Positions 1 to 12,772 of a DNA stretch of 64,000 nt are shown in pieces. The translations under genes and the position numbers were made by a program. The notes below the pieces were generated by a model, which worked only from the letters and a program-made list of their open reading frames with translations, was not told the DNA's origin and did no database searches. Origin of the DNA: Octopus bimaculoides (Eukaryota); the NCBI RefSeq assembly GCF_001194135.2, contig NC_068987.1, positions 2,223,316-2,287,315 on the forward strand, in the 5' to 3' direction. Position 1 is the first letter of the stretch. Each line of letters starts with the position of its first letter.

Positions 1-543
1 ATATATATGTATGTATATAACTGCGATTCCTTTATATTTTATATGTATTTATCAATTTTGCCTATATGGTTTTTATTCTTGCGACCACTAATGTTATTAT
101 TTATATGAGTAATAATGTTCTTATATATATTTATAAATATTTCACGAGGTTCGTTTGTTTCAATGGTGCTGGGGTCCTCAAACGAACACAGGTATGAGAA
201 TGGTGAATCTCTGTGATTGTTTTGAGTAGTCTTAATTGAAGAGAATCGAGTGCCTTCTGTACAAAATTCGAAATCATGATTTCAGATTAACTGCCATTCT
301 TTCTGCAGCCTTGGCGGAATTAATATACGATTCTTATTCACTTAATTTGTTCCTGTCATATTTGTATCAATTTGGTGATTCTTCTGTCCCGTCGGTGTTT
401 TTTTTATTCCTATCTTTAGCAAAGCAGGTGTATATTAGTACCCTTTTATATATAAATATATATTATATTATATATATATATTCATTAATTTATTAATTTG
501 GTAAATGAGAGACGGAAGATGGAATATACGAGAATCTTTATTA

Positions 544-649
544 ATCACGACAATTGTTTCGACACATGTAACATCGATCCGTCACGAGTGGAGCTAATAT
601 CAACTGATTCAGATGCATCCGGTGATGCAGATGTGTCTCATCGGGTGAT
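544..649 (-). ncRNA. Type I hammerhead ribozyme motif with long branched helix II, in a Penelope pseudo-LTR-like element
   Basis: Minus strand reads AUCAC-CCGAUGA-GACACAU-(63 nt)-AUGUGUC-GAAA-C-AAUU-G-UC/GUGAU. Helix I is 5 bp perfect, helix II 7 bp perfect, helix III is the palindrome ACAAUUGU, the cleavage triplet is GUC, and AAUAAA follows 6 nt downstream. The core differs from CUGANGA only by U4C. Confidence 0.75.
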
Positions 650-761
650 AAATAGACACAACTCGCTAGAATAAAAGTTCCGCAACGTATCTCCTTATTT
701 CATAGAATGAAAAGCAGCTCAACAACAACAACAGCAATAACAACTACAACAATATTTTTTT

Positions 762-1037
762 ATCTTTTGCTTTTTACTTGTTTCAGCCATTAGACTGCGG
801 CCATGCTAGAGCACAGCTTCGAAGAGCTTTTAGTCGATTGAACGGACCCCAGGACTTGCTTTTTTATAAAGCCACGTAATCTTTCTATCGGACGCTTTTT
901 GCTGAACCGCTAAGTTACGGGAGCGTAAACACACCCACAACGGTACGCAAACAGTGGTGGAGCAAACACAGAAACAAAGACACATACACGCAGCCTGTCG
1001 TATATACATACATACACACACACACACATATATATAT

Positions 1038-1120
<83 letters not shown>

Positions 1121-1283
1121 GACGGACTTCTTTCAGTTTCCGTTTCCCAAATCGACTCACGAGGCTTTGGTCGGCTCGAGGCTATAGTAGAAGACACTTG
1201 CTAAAGGGCCCACACAATGGGGCTAAATCCGGAACCGTGTGGCTAGGGAGCAAGCTTCTTACCACAAAGCCACGCCTGCGCCT
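762..1283 (-). mobile_element. tRNA-derived SINE family A, near full length, with internal (TA)n
   Basis: Head on the minus strand has A-box-like and B-box-like segments, then a degenerate CORE-like segment, a central (TA)n at about 1030-1114 and the tail GCTCTAGCATGGCCGCAGTC. It matches more than 10 other copies in the window. Confidence 0.9.
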
Positions 1284-2051
1284 ATTTAATATATACTTCA
1301 TAAACATTAGCTTGATGACAGTCCAAGGTGACCCTTGCTAATCCCAAATCATCAAAACTATTTTGTAATCAATGAATCTAACTCACCACATCCTGTAAAT
1401 TGAAGATATTATCATAGAGACGCCGCCATTTTTAGCTGGTTTGATCTTTATTATTTTTTCTTTACTTTTTGTTATTTTCATATTTCCATTACGTAAATAT
1501 TATATTAGTTTTCATTATTTTTTGTACAGAAAATATTGTTACTGTAAGTAACTCTTGTTTTTTCTTACGTAAAAGACTGCTATTTCGTTAGTTGTTATTC
1601 TAATTACAACGGCTGTTGTTGTTCTTGCTTAAATATTATTCTTGTTGCTGTTGTTGCTTTTACTTTGCTTGTTGCTGTTGATGATGACGATGATGACGAT
1701 GATGATGCCATTTGCTTCACTATCTTTGCCACGCACTGATTGGGTGTTGGGTGATGTGATATCTTCTAACTCCGACCCTATTACAATAGCTTCAATGCAC
1801 AAACAGACTCAGCAAATATGCATCGTTCTTTTGAACTCTTCTTGTTTATATCTTCACATCATATTGGATGCACCTACAAATGTATTTATGGCTTGATCTC
1901 CTTTACTATCACACCGACAACCAATTATCTAACATGATGGCTTGGACTTTCAAGAATGTCTTTCGAGCGAAATACTTCACTGTTTCATGCATGCGTAATT
2001 ATAACATGGTTTGTCTTTAGGAATGTTTATTTTTTTACATAAAGATTTGTA

Positions 2052-2212
2052 AGGCACAGACGCAATTGTGCGTTAAGAAGATGGCTTCGCAACTACATGG
2101 TTCCGGGTTCAGTCCCACTGAGTGGAATCTTGGGCAAGTGTCTTCTACAATAGCTTCGGGCCGACCAAAGCGTTTTGAGTGGATTTGGTTGACAGAAACT
2201 GAACGAAACTAG

Positions 2213-2216
<4 letters not shown>
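2052..2216 (+). mobile_element. SINE family A, 5' half ending in (GT)n
   Basis: GGTTCCGGGTTCAGTCCCACTG B-box region, TTGGGCAAGTGTCTTCTAC, then GGATTTGG..GAAACTGAA, followed by (GT)n at 2215-2294. Confidence 0.85.
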
Positions 2217-2295
<79 letters not shown>

Positions 2296-2413
2296 TATGC
2301 ATTTATTATTTGCCTACCACAAAATAGTTTTACTCGTATCTGAAAGAAGCCAACAACTATATACACAAATGCTTGCAGAAACAGGACCATGTTCACACTC
2401 CTCCACTGCATAC

Positions 2414-2470
<57 letters not shown>

Positions 2471-2541
2471 CATAGATAGATAGATAGATAGATACATAGA
2501 TACATACATACATACATACATACATACATACATACATACAT
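2414..2541. repeat. Compound tetranucleotide microsatellite (AGAT)n grading to (ACAT)n
   Basis: Read directly from the sequence. Confidence 0.95.
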
Positions 2542-2682
2542 GCATACGTATAGGTATGTACACAGACGCACACATACACACACGCGCGCACACATACGCA
2601 TACACATATTGTTATATACATATATACGTCGGACTCAGTAAACATGCACAAATATATAAGCATGAGTATATACAAATACACG

Positions 2683-2716
<34 letters not shown>

Positions 2717-2789
2717 CACATGCACACACATGCTCATATATGCCCATGCGATGAGGCAACAAAATTGTATGCACGTCTGCGCATCCATG

Positions 2790-2841
<52 letters not shown>

Positions 2842-3227
2842 TGAGTCCGAAGTATACAACAATAGAATTCAATAGTAAATAACTATATACACGCATACAC
2901 ACATAGATGCTGTACACACATATACACTCGCACACATAGACATGCACACGCACACACACACATGTATATAAACTCGCATGCAATCGCAGAAACAGCCACG
3001 TGCAAGTAGATGTAGAACCCATCCATACACATACACGTAGGTATACGCAGCCTCACATACGTGCACATACCGGCGCACACATACACCCATTGATACGTAC
3101 GCATATCCACCCAGATGTATACAAACATACCTACACTCGGGTATATAGTCAAACATACCCGCACTGATATTCGCTCATATGCATACACTCACATATATAC
3201 ACATATATACACATAGATACCTACACT

Positions 3228-3996
3228 NNNNNNNNNNNNNNNNNNNNNNNNNNNNNNNNNNNNNNNNNNNNNNNNNNNNNNNNNNNNNNNNNNNNNNNNN
3301 NNNNNNNNNNNNNNNNNNNNNNNNNNNNNNNNNNNNNNNNNNNNNNNNNNNNNNNNNNNNNNNNNNNNNNNNNNNNNNNNNNNNNNNNNNNNNNNNNNNN
3401 NNNNNNNNNNNNNNNNNNNNNNNNNNNNNNNNNNNNNNNNNNNNNNNNNNNNNNNNNNNNNNNNNNNNNNNNNNNNNNNNNNNNNNNNNNNNNNNNNNNN
3501 NNNNNNNNNNNNNNNNNNNNNNNNNNNNNNNNNNNNNNNNNNNNNNNNNNNNNNNNNNNNNNNNNNNNNNNNNNNNNNNNNNNNNNNNNNNNNNNNNNNN
3601 NNNNNNNNNNNNNNNNNNNNNNNNNNNNNNNNNNNNNNNNNNNNNNNNNNNNNNNNNNNNNNNNNNNNNNNNNNNNNNNNNNNNNNNNNNNNNNNNNNNN
3701 NNNNNNNNNNNNNNNNNNNNNNNNNNNNNNNNNNNNNNNNNNNNNNNNNNNNNNNNNNNNNNNNNNNNNNNNNNNNNNNNNNNNNNNNNNNNNNNNNNNN
3801 NNNNNNNNNNNNNNNNNNNNNNNNNNNNNNNNNNNNNNNNNNNNNNNNNNNNNNNNNNNNNNNNNNNNNNNNNNNNNNNNNNNNNNNNNNNNNNNNNNNN
3901 NNNNNNNNNNNNNNNNNNNNNNNNNNNNNNNNNNNNNNNNNNNNNNNNNNNNNNNNNNNNNNNNNNNNNNNNNNNNNNNNNNNNNNNNNNNNNNNN
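3228..3996. other. Assembly gap (largest of many N runs, nearly all flanked by microsatellites)
   Basis: N run. Other large gaps are at about 7553-7745, 12254-12544, 29760-30193, 31709-32059, 41281-41765, 43385-43608 and 44208-44550. Confidence 1.
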
Positions 3997-4058
<62 letters not shown>

Positions 4059-4844
4059 CACACACACACACACAAATGGTTAATAAAGAGAAAACGAAGA
4101 ATGAAAAATTTCGTTTAATAGAATTAGTATTTGTTTTAGCTTTGTTTTATTTATGTTGTTGAATATTTTTTTCTTTTTGTCTCAGAAAGTATTCCAAAAT
4201 TTTGCAAACAATTAGTACCACACAACGTGTAATTCCAAAACACTTGTAGAAAATGGCAAATTAGTTAATGTAGTAAGAATCGGTATGTTTTAGAATGTAA
4301 AAGAAGCGAAATACCATTCTGGGATGTAATCAAGTTTGTCTCATGTTTGGCCTTTTTCCTATCAACTTCCAGCATCATGTGTTGACAGATTGTAAACTTA
4401 TTGGTTTTACAACCTGATAAATCGCATTATATCTCTTTATGAAGAAACAAGGAAAGCGGGCGGCATGCAACAAGGCGCCACTTTACAACACTACAAATTA
4501 CTGTAGGCATAACAAGGTAATTTACGTTAAATGCAGAATCTTGGATCATTACGTATTAGATATGGTCGTATGACGAATATTTCAATTTGGTCTCAACGGA
4601 AATTGCTGCCGGCGAATTGTTGTATATTAAGGGGAAATTCTATGCAGGAAGTGTGGGGAGCGTGATTACATAAATAACGTTGAAGATTGAATATCTGAGC
4701 AGGTGTATAGATGGTTGTGAAGCCTATTTAGTAATTATGTGGTTGTGAGTTCGTTGCAACCTTATGCCGTCTTGGACATGTATCTTCTTCTCAGGTTATG
4801 TGCTATTTTGTAAACTGCTGCACTTTGTCATATATATATATATT

Positions 4845-4903
<59 letters not shown>

Positions 4904-5795
4904 TTGTTATACAATAACGTATAGATGTATACTCACATTGAATAATTATAAAGTCAAAGTTTATTTATATATAACAATTGCAGCGTGGAAGGTGTTTATA
5001 AGCCATTTAAGAAACAAACAAAAACCCGTTCGATTCACTTCAACATTTAAATTTAATTTGTGTCAAAATATTTTCGTCGATTTGAGACCGCTTTGAGACA
5101 CAGAAAGGACCCTTCATCAGTTGTCAGCTGTCTATCTACTCCTCATTTCGAGCATTCAACGACAACTATGACTCTCCAAAAATAGTTGCTCCCATAAATT
5201 CTAAAATAAAATTTAGGATTTATGGAAGGTCAAATATGGGAACAAAAAAATGACAGTGGTGACATACAAGGAAACCATGTGGTTGGAATGCAAGCTACTT
5301 ACCACACAACCATATTATTTATTATTTATTATTTAACTGAACGCGATGCATCCATTTCCAAGTATATATATATACTTACATGTACATATATACGAATATA
5401 CATATGTATGTATTTATATGTATGTATGCACACGCACACAAATATATAAACATATATATGAGCGTATGCGTGTGTGTGCGTGTGTATGTGTGTGTGTGTA
5501 TGTGTGTGTGTGTATGTGTGTGTGTAAGTGTGTGTGTATGTGTGTGTGTGTGTTCATGTGTATACATATACACTTATACGCATAGATACGCATATATATT
5601 TTTTTCTATTCAACTCCGGTGGTTGTTGTATTTGTTGCTGACACTAATTAGGTTAATTATGAGAAATATATAATGTTGCAACCTCTTTGTAATCCGGGAT
5701 ATTATTGTTATTTGCTGAAACGATCCTATGTTTATGAAGCATAAAATACCATATACGTTTTCTATACTACTCTATCAATGTAATATCTATATTTA

Positions 5796-5848
<53 letters not shown>

Positions 5849-6472
5849 GTCTATCTGTCTATCTATCAATCTATCTATCTATCTGCATATGTATATGTAC
5901 ACACATGTGCCTACACACACATATATATATATACATGTAAGTATGAATGCATGTATGTATTATTTCCTTCTAGGTATATATATATATATATACGGCTTTG
6001 TGTTAGCGAAGAATTACAAATAACACCAAGCATGATAATTGAGTATTTAGTGCCTTCATCAGACGCTATAGTCTAGCACTCATAATTTTTTTCTTTTTCT
6101 AAGCCTTCAACCCAATGATCAGAATCAAATTCCTAGACCTGGCTTAACTTCACTACAGAACCAAATCACCAGGTGAAGGTATTAAACTAGATGACAAATT
6201 AAGAGAACCCTTCAACAACAGGGACGATCACTGTAGTGAGATTCCGCACAGTTTCTGTTTACAATATTTCATTCAAATCTGAAGAAGATGCAAAAACAGT
6301 CTTTCGTGATTTCAAATCCTCTTGCTCTCTCCAGAATTCTTCGCTGCCGATAAAATGGTAAAATTGTGTTGATAATTTAGGTGCATACTTTGATTAACTG
6401 CATTGCTTTTTGTTGAGATAAAGTAAAATAAACTTTCAGTTCAAAATCGGACATTTCATTCTTAATGGCCCG

Positions 6473-6504
<32 letters not shown>

Positions 6505-6972
6505 CTATGTATGTATAATGTATGGATATATAGATAAATAGACAGTTTTGTGCGTACAACATACTACGTACATGTTTGTACATCATTATACATAGATATG
6601 CGTCTACATTATAATGCATACGTATATACACATTATAAAACTGTATGTATATTGAGAACAATTTAATGAGACATATTAATAAACATAAACAAACAGTTTT
6701 TCGAGACAATGAGAGGCAAACAGTCCCGAACTTTCCTTCTTGCTTCTGTTAGCTTCCTAGTCTAACAAGCGCTTTGACCTTTCTTCGGTCTTGTCACAGA
6801 CAAATGTCTGACTTCAGGCTGAAGATAATGACTGGCGGTGGGTTGGTTGGTGTGGTGCTGGAGCCGAGGAGAGAGAGATGCGATAGAAGTGGATGGCTTG
6901 TGTTGACACTGGCTTCTGTGTGTGTGTTTGCGTGTGTGGTAACATGAGCGTGTGTGATTTGTGCATACACGC

Positions 6973-7009
<37 letters not shown>

Positions 7010-7313
7010 GAGGAGGAATTATAGTATCGGTTATCTAATGAGCAGATAATGAGGTGTTGCAGAGAAGCCAGTTGTCAGTGGGAATAGTTTGAACGAGTTA
7101 AAATGGATCAGAAGAAGAAAGTAAAACGGCTAAACGGCGTGAAATTGGAGAGATTTGTGAAGATGGTGGAATTGTTGAGAGAGAAAGGGAGAGGGGGAGA
7201 GAGGGGGAGAGAGGTGATTAGGGGTTTACGGGAGAGAAAAAGAGGGGAGAGAAGGAGATAGAGACAGAGAGAGAGAGAGAGAAGATAAATAGGAAAAGAC
7301 TTTTAAGATGGTG

Positions 7314-7355
<42 letters not shown>

Positions 7356-7504
7356 CAGAACAATTTTCGAACAAAGATAGAGAGAGACATAGAAGTATAG
7401 GCACATAGATATACAGGTCTCTCAGATAGAAAGATAGACAGACAGATAGATAGATAATGTATTATCTAGTTATATATATATATCTGTAAGTAGTATGTGA
7501 CAAT

Positions 7505-7552
<48 letters not shown>

Positions 7553-7745
7553 NNNNNNNNNNNNNNNNNNNNNNNNNNNNNNNNNNNNNNNNNNNNNNNN
7601 NNNNNNNNNNNNNNNNNNNNNNNNNNNNNNNNNNNNNNNNNNNNNNNNNNNNNNNNNNNNNNNNNNNNNNNNNNNNNNNNNNNNNNNNNNNNNNNNNNNN
7701 NNNNNNNNNNNNNNNNNNNNNNNNNNNNNNNNNNNNNNNNNNNNN

Positions 7746-7788
<43 letters not shown>

Positions 7789-7955
7789 GTATGTGTGTGT
7801 GTGTATTATACAGAGAAAAAGAAAGGAGAGAGAATGAGAGAGAAAGAGACAAACAGAGAGAGAGATACTAACAGATAATTTGTGACAGTGATAGGTGTTT
7901 GACGAGTTAAAAATACTGTATGGGAAAGGAAAGAAAGGAAAGAGGAGAGAGAGAG

Positions 7956-8026
<71 letters not shown>

Positions 8027-8126
8027 GACAGACAGTGAGAGAAAGAAAAAGAGAGAGAGGAGGTAGTAATAACCAGAATGGATTAGTGAGACAAAATCTA
8101 TTCGTACACACATACACGTACACCTA

Positions 8127-8182
<56 letters not shown>

Positions 8183-8804
8183 TTTATGGGTTATTATAAC
8201 CTGCTATTTACTTAAAAATCAATATTTACTTAAAAATCAACAAAACCGTTCTTAAAAACGTGTTGTTATCTTTCCTTAATTTATATCTTGATTCAGACTT
8301 TGTATTTCATAGATTCATCGATATTTTAACACCTTCCTGGTCATTCTTCGTTGTACTATAGTCGACTGCTTGCAATCATCTGTCTCTTTGTATTACGGCC
8401 ATTTGAACAACATCCTCCTCATAACTGACTATCACTTAACTGTGTTTAGACTCTGCTGTTTCCTTCATCTGTCGCCATTTTAAGTACTTCCTCTTCTGTG
8501 TTGTGTAAAAATTATCTCTGTTTGGAGTAAACTGCTTCCCAGATCCCCCGACATTTTAACACCTTCCTGGCCATTGTTGGCTGTATACCAGTTATCGTGG
8601 CTGCTTCCTGTTTAGTTTGCTTAAAAGGACCGTGCCAAACAACGTGACCACGTGTTATGTATCTATACCGAGTAACCATGGTAACATATTGTATAACACA
8701 ACACCAAATTACGAGTAAATTCAGTAAACAACAGACTGAACAATAGATTAGCCTAAAATACTGATCGAAGTTTCATCAATGTCTTTTTCTTTTTCATCTT
8801 CTAT

Positions 8805-8900
8805 CTTTTCTGTTACTCTTTCCAGTCCTTAGATGCGGCCATGCTGGGGCACCGCCTTGATGGGGTTTTCGTTCAACGAATCACCTTCAGCACAAAGACC
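8805..8900 (-). mobile_element. SINE family A 3' tail fragment
   Basis: GCGGCCATGCTGGGGCACCGCCTT is the reverse complement of the family A tail. Confidence 0.65.
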
Positions 8901-8999
8901 GGTTACTTGCTCAAAATTACTGCATATATTTTTATATAAACATATACACATACATAATACATACATACATACATATATATATGCACACACACACACACA

Positions 9000-9037
<38 letters not shown>

Positions 9038-9047
9038 NNNNNNNNNN

Positions 9048-9091
<44 letters not shown>

Positions 9092-9973
9092 CATATACAT
9101 TTTTTTTACTTAAAGCTGCAAAAACATCACAAAAACAGTTCGTCAGAGTTTCACATTCCTGTTCGTCGGACAGTTGTGATCAACGGGATCAATGAAATAA
9201 CGATTTTATTCCAGTCTTGATTTCAACTGTGCGACGAACGTAAACGATTTTAGATATAAACACTCCGTATAACAATCTTGAAATTGAAAGCAAGCAAACA
9301 GGCTGATGAAGAAAATGGTAAAAAACAAAAACGGTTCTGATAGAATATTTATATTATGGAATAGTTTCAGTTCCATGAATGTGACATTGATTTTATAAAC
9401 TCGATGTCACTGTCCTCATTTATTTATTCCTTCATTCATTTAGTTAGTTAGTTAGTTACTTAGTTAGTTAGTTAGTGATTTTGCCGATTCCCTTCATTAG
9501 TCATCGTTTTTACTGCTCGGTGTAGAGAGATCCTCTTCTCTTGTTATTTTAATTGCCTTTCTGTTTTTTATTCCCTTCTTCGCGCTCGTCTATCATGTCC
9601 ACTCGTTTATTCCCCAGCAGTTTATGTTGCTGACATCGCCGAATTGGACATCGTTATCGGAAAGTGTCGAAATTGTGATGATATTCGGTCGATAACTGGT
9701 GAATGTAAATTCATGTCCGCGTCCATTGCGTGTTTCTCCTGTTGTCCCTTCTTTCATTGTCGTCCACTTGTTCCACATTTTGATTGTATGTAAACGTGTG
9801 TGTGTGTGTGTGTGTGTGTCTGTGTGTGTGTGTCTGTGTGTGTGTGTCTCTGTGTGTGTGTGTGTGTGTGTGTGTGTCTGTGTGTGTATGCATATATACA
9901 TACGTATGTGTANNNNNNNNNNNNNNNNNNNNNNNNNNNNNNNNNNNNNNNNNNNNNNNNNNNNNNNNNNNNN

Positions 9974-10030
<57 letters not shown>

Positions 10031-10878
10031 GCGTTTTTATGCTCGTGTGTTAATCTGCTATGAATGACCAATGTTTTTGTTTGCTGGTCACGCGTAAAGA
10101 TCCGGAATGAGATGCTAGCGCGTGCGTTTCGTTTTCTTCTCGTTAATAAACGATTGCAACCTCTTTTCAAAAAACTTGGAATAATAATAAACAAAATTTT
10201 TTGAGTCATCTCGGGTTCATGTCCTACGGACGGAATTTTACATCATGAGGCTTATGCCTCAGTGTGCATAATCGGAAACACGTAATTTAGTCTAAAATCA
10301 AGGAACACACTTGCAGACAAACAGAATTTCGATTCTCGTAAGAGAGAGATATGTGTTATAAAATGTCAATAGATGTGTTATGGTTTGTTCACGAATACAA
10401 CTGGTTTATAACTTCAGATCAGAATTGGATTAAATATATCAGCTTGTGACTCTTCGGCTAAATCTTGATAATCAATTCATGAAACAATAGAAACAAAGAC
10501 ACAAGTAACAATGGTCATATGTCAGTCTGTCTTTGAGCCAAATAAATTTCGTTCCATTGTCAACTTCGAAGTTTGGGGAAACACAAGCGGATGCTCTGCC
10601 GAGATTACGTTTTCTCTTCATTTTCATATTTCTTTTCATTAAAGAGGTTGATCTTATACACCATCTGTACGTTGGTACTTCCAGGGGAAAACAGCTTCCA
10701 CCGGTTCATTATTCTTGCTGTTCCATATGTTCTGAAACACAAACTAGAGCTAAGAACAAAATCTTAACAGCAGATATCAGCTATATAAACAGAGAACGCA
10801 ATGGTGACGTAGTGTGGAGTCGTAACCATATGGTTGACTCATCTCAGAGATATATACTCACAATACATCTATGTGTGT

Positions 10879-10922
<44 letters not shown>

Positions 10923-11245
10923 TGTACGCAAGAAAATATAAGAATTGAATATTCAGGGAAGAAGAAAAAAAGAAAATGAAGCAAGAATGTTGGCTATACA
11001 CACACACATAAATATACATAAATACATATTATATATGTATATATATGTACATATATATATAGAGGNNNNNNNNNNNNNNNNNNNNNNNNNNNNNNNNNNN
11101 NNNNNNNNNNNNNNNNNNNNNNNNNNNNNNNNNNNNNNNNNNNNNNNNNNNNNNNNNNNNNNNNNNNNNNNTATATATAATACATATATATATATACTTA
11201 CCTATATGTATATCTAAATATGTATGCATATAATGATAATATATA

Positions 11246-11290
<45 letters not shown>

Positions 11291-12093
11291 CATATGTATA
11301 GGTACATATACATGCACACACACATAGATACACTCACACGCACGAGCACCCACATATAACAAAACACCAATTTATAAATAACATAAAAATGATAAATGCG
11401 TTAATATATATAATATAAGAAAAACAAATTTGCATCTGACATGAATTCTTGTAAAAAATTATACTCGCATGCAGACACACACACACACACACACACACAG
11501 CAGCAACGAAAAAATAACGTAAAAATATTAAAAGCATATCAGTGAGTCTCGTTCTGTTTGAACTCGCCATCTCTCACCCAAATAATTCCTTTGATCTCTT
11601 CAGAAGAGAATCGTTTCACAGCCACCGCTATCCTTAGTAATATGAATCACTGCGACTGCCACTCAACAGCCTCTCTTTGCTTTGATCATTACGTTGAAAT
11701 GCTTTTAAAATGGCGCTGGTCAAATGTCGGCGTTCCTACATCGTAATCTTCTCCCAAATGACCAAACCAGTATCAATGTTTACATCTACATAATCTAAAT
11801 AACAACAAATAACATTTTCCTGGCCTTTCTTTTTTTTTTAGTTTCTGCTTCAGTTGCAATTATTTTTGTTGATGTTTTTGTTGTTCTTCTTGTTGCTGTT
11901 TTTGTCACTGCTGCTGCTGATGCCACTTCTGTCGCTGTAGTTTCCTCATTTCTGAACAGACGTCGTTTATACTGCCTGGCAAAAGTCACCACCTAGCAAG
12001 CATCACAACATCTCAAGGCTAGATAACCATCTGTGGAGTGCCTCCTTCCCATCACCTCTCAGCACACAACAGAAACAATCATCTAAATAGCTC

Positions 12094-12107
12094 TGACGTC
12101 ACTTCCT
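12094..12107. promoter_or_regulatory. Perfect CRE overlapping an ETS core (TGACGTCACTTCCT)
   Basis: The reverse complement AGGAAGTGACGTCA matches the ETS-CRE composite geometry. Motif match only. Confidence 0.3.
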
Positions 12108-12544
12108 CTTTTTTGTCTTATTTTCAATAGAAAATTCAACACTACAGTAACCCGCAGTTTTGGATATATTCAGATATTATCGAGAGTGGAGAGTCACAAT
12201 GTGTGGTGCAGGGCTCTCGGTATGTAAACACATACATACATATATACATATATNNNNNNNNNNNNNNNNNNNNNNNNNNNNNNNNNNNNNNNNNNNNNNN
12301 NNNNNNNNNNNNNNNNNNNNNNNNNNNNNNNNNNNNNNNNNNNNNNNNNNNNNNNNNNNNNNNNNNNNNNNNNNNNNNNNNNNNNNNNNNNNNNNNNNNN
12401 NNNNNNNNNNNNNNNNNNNNNNNNNNNNNNNNNNNNNNNNNNNNNNNNNNNNNNNNNNNNNNNNNNNNNNNNNNNNNNNNNNNNNNNNNNNNNNNNNNNN
12501 NNNNNNNNNNNNNNNNNNNNNNNNNNNNNNNNNNNNNNNNNNNN

Positions 12545-12578
<34 letters not shown>

Positions 12579-12624
12579 CAAATGAACTAATTATATCGAG
12601 TGGGTTATCTTTTTTTACGACAAG

Positions 12625-12772
12625 CACCCGAAGTGACACGGTCTGCACTGATTGATGCAACACGATTAGATGCAGGATACCCTAATGATTAGGGATTCTT
12701 TGGGATTAGGCCCTAATCCCAAAGAACAGTTGTTGGATGGATCGAAACGATCGTAACGCTGAATAAAGATTC
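12625..12772 (+). ncRNA. Degenerate hammerhead-type element homologous to 544-649
   Basis: CACCCGAAGTGACACGGTCTGCA..GATGCA aligns to CACCCGATGAGACACATCTGCA..GATGCA. The 3' part GAAAC-GATC-GTA-N6-AATAAAGATTC has the same spacing as GAAAC-AATT-GTC-N6-AATAAAGATTC. A9, helix I and helix II are damaged. Confidence 0.55.

Noticed and set aside
10600-10731. Minus-strand terminal-exon candidate after TTTGTGTTTCAG
   Set aside because: Two open frames, neither recognisable, and no supported upstream exon to link to it.
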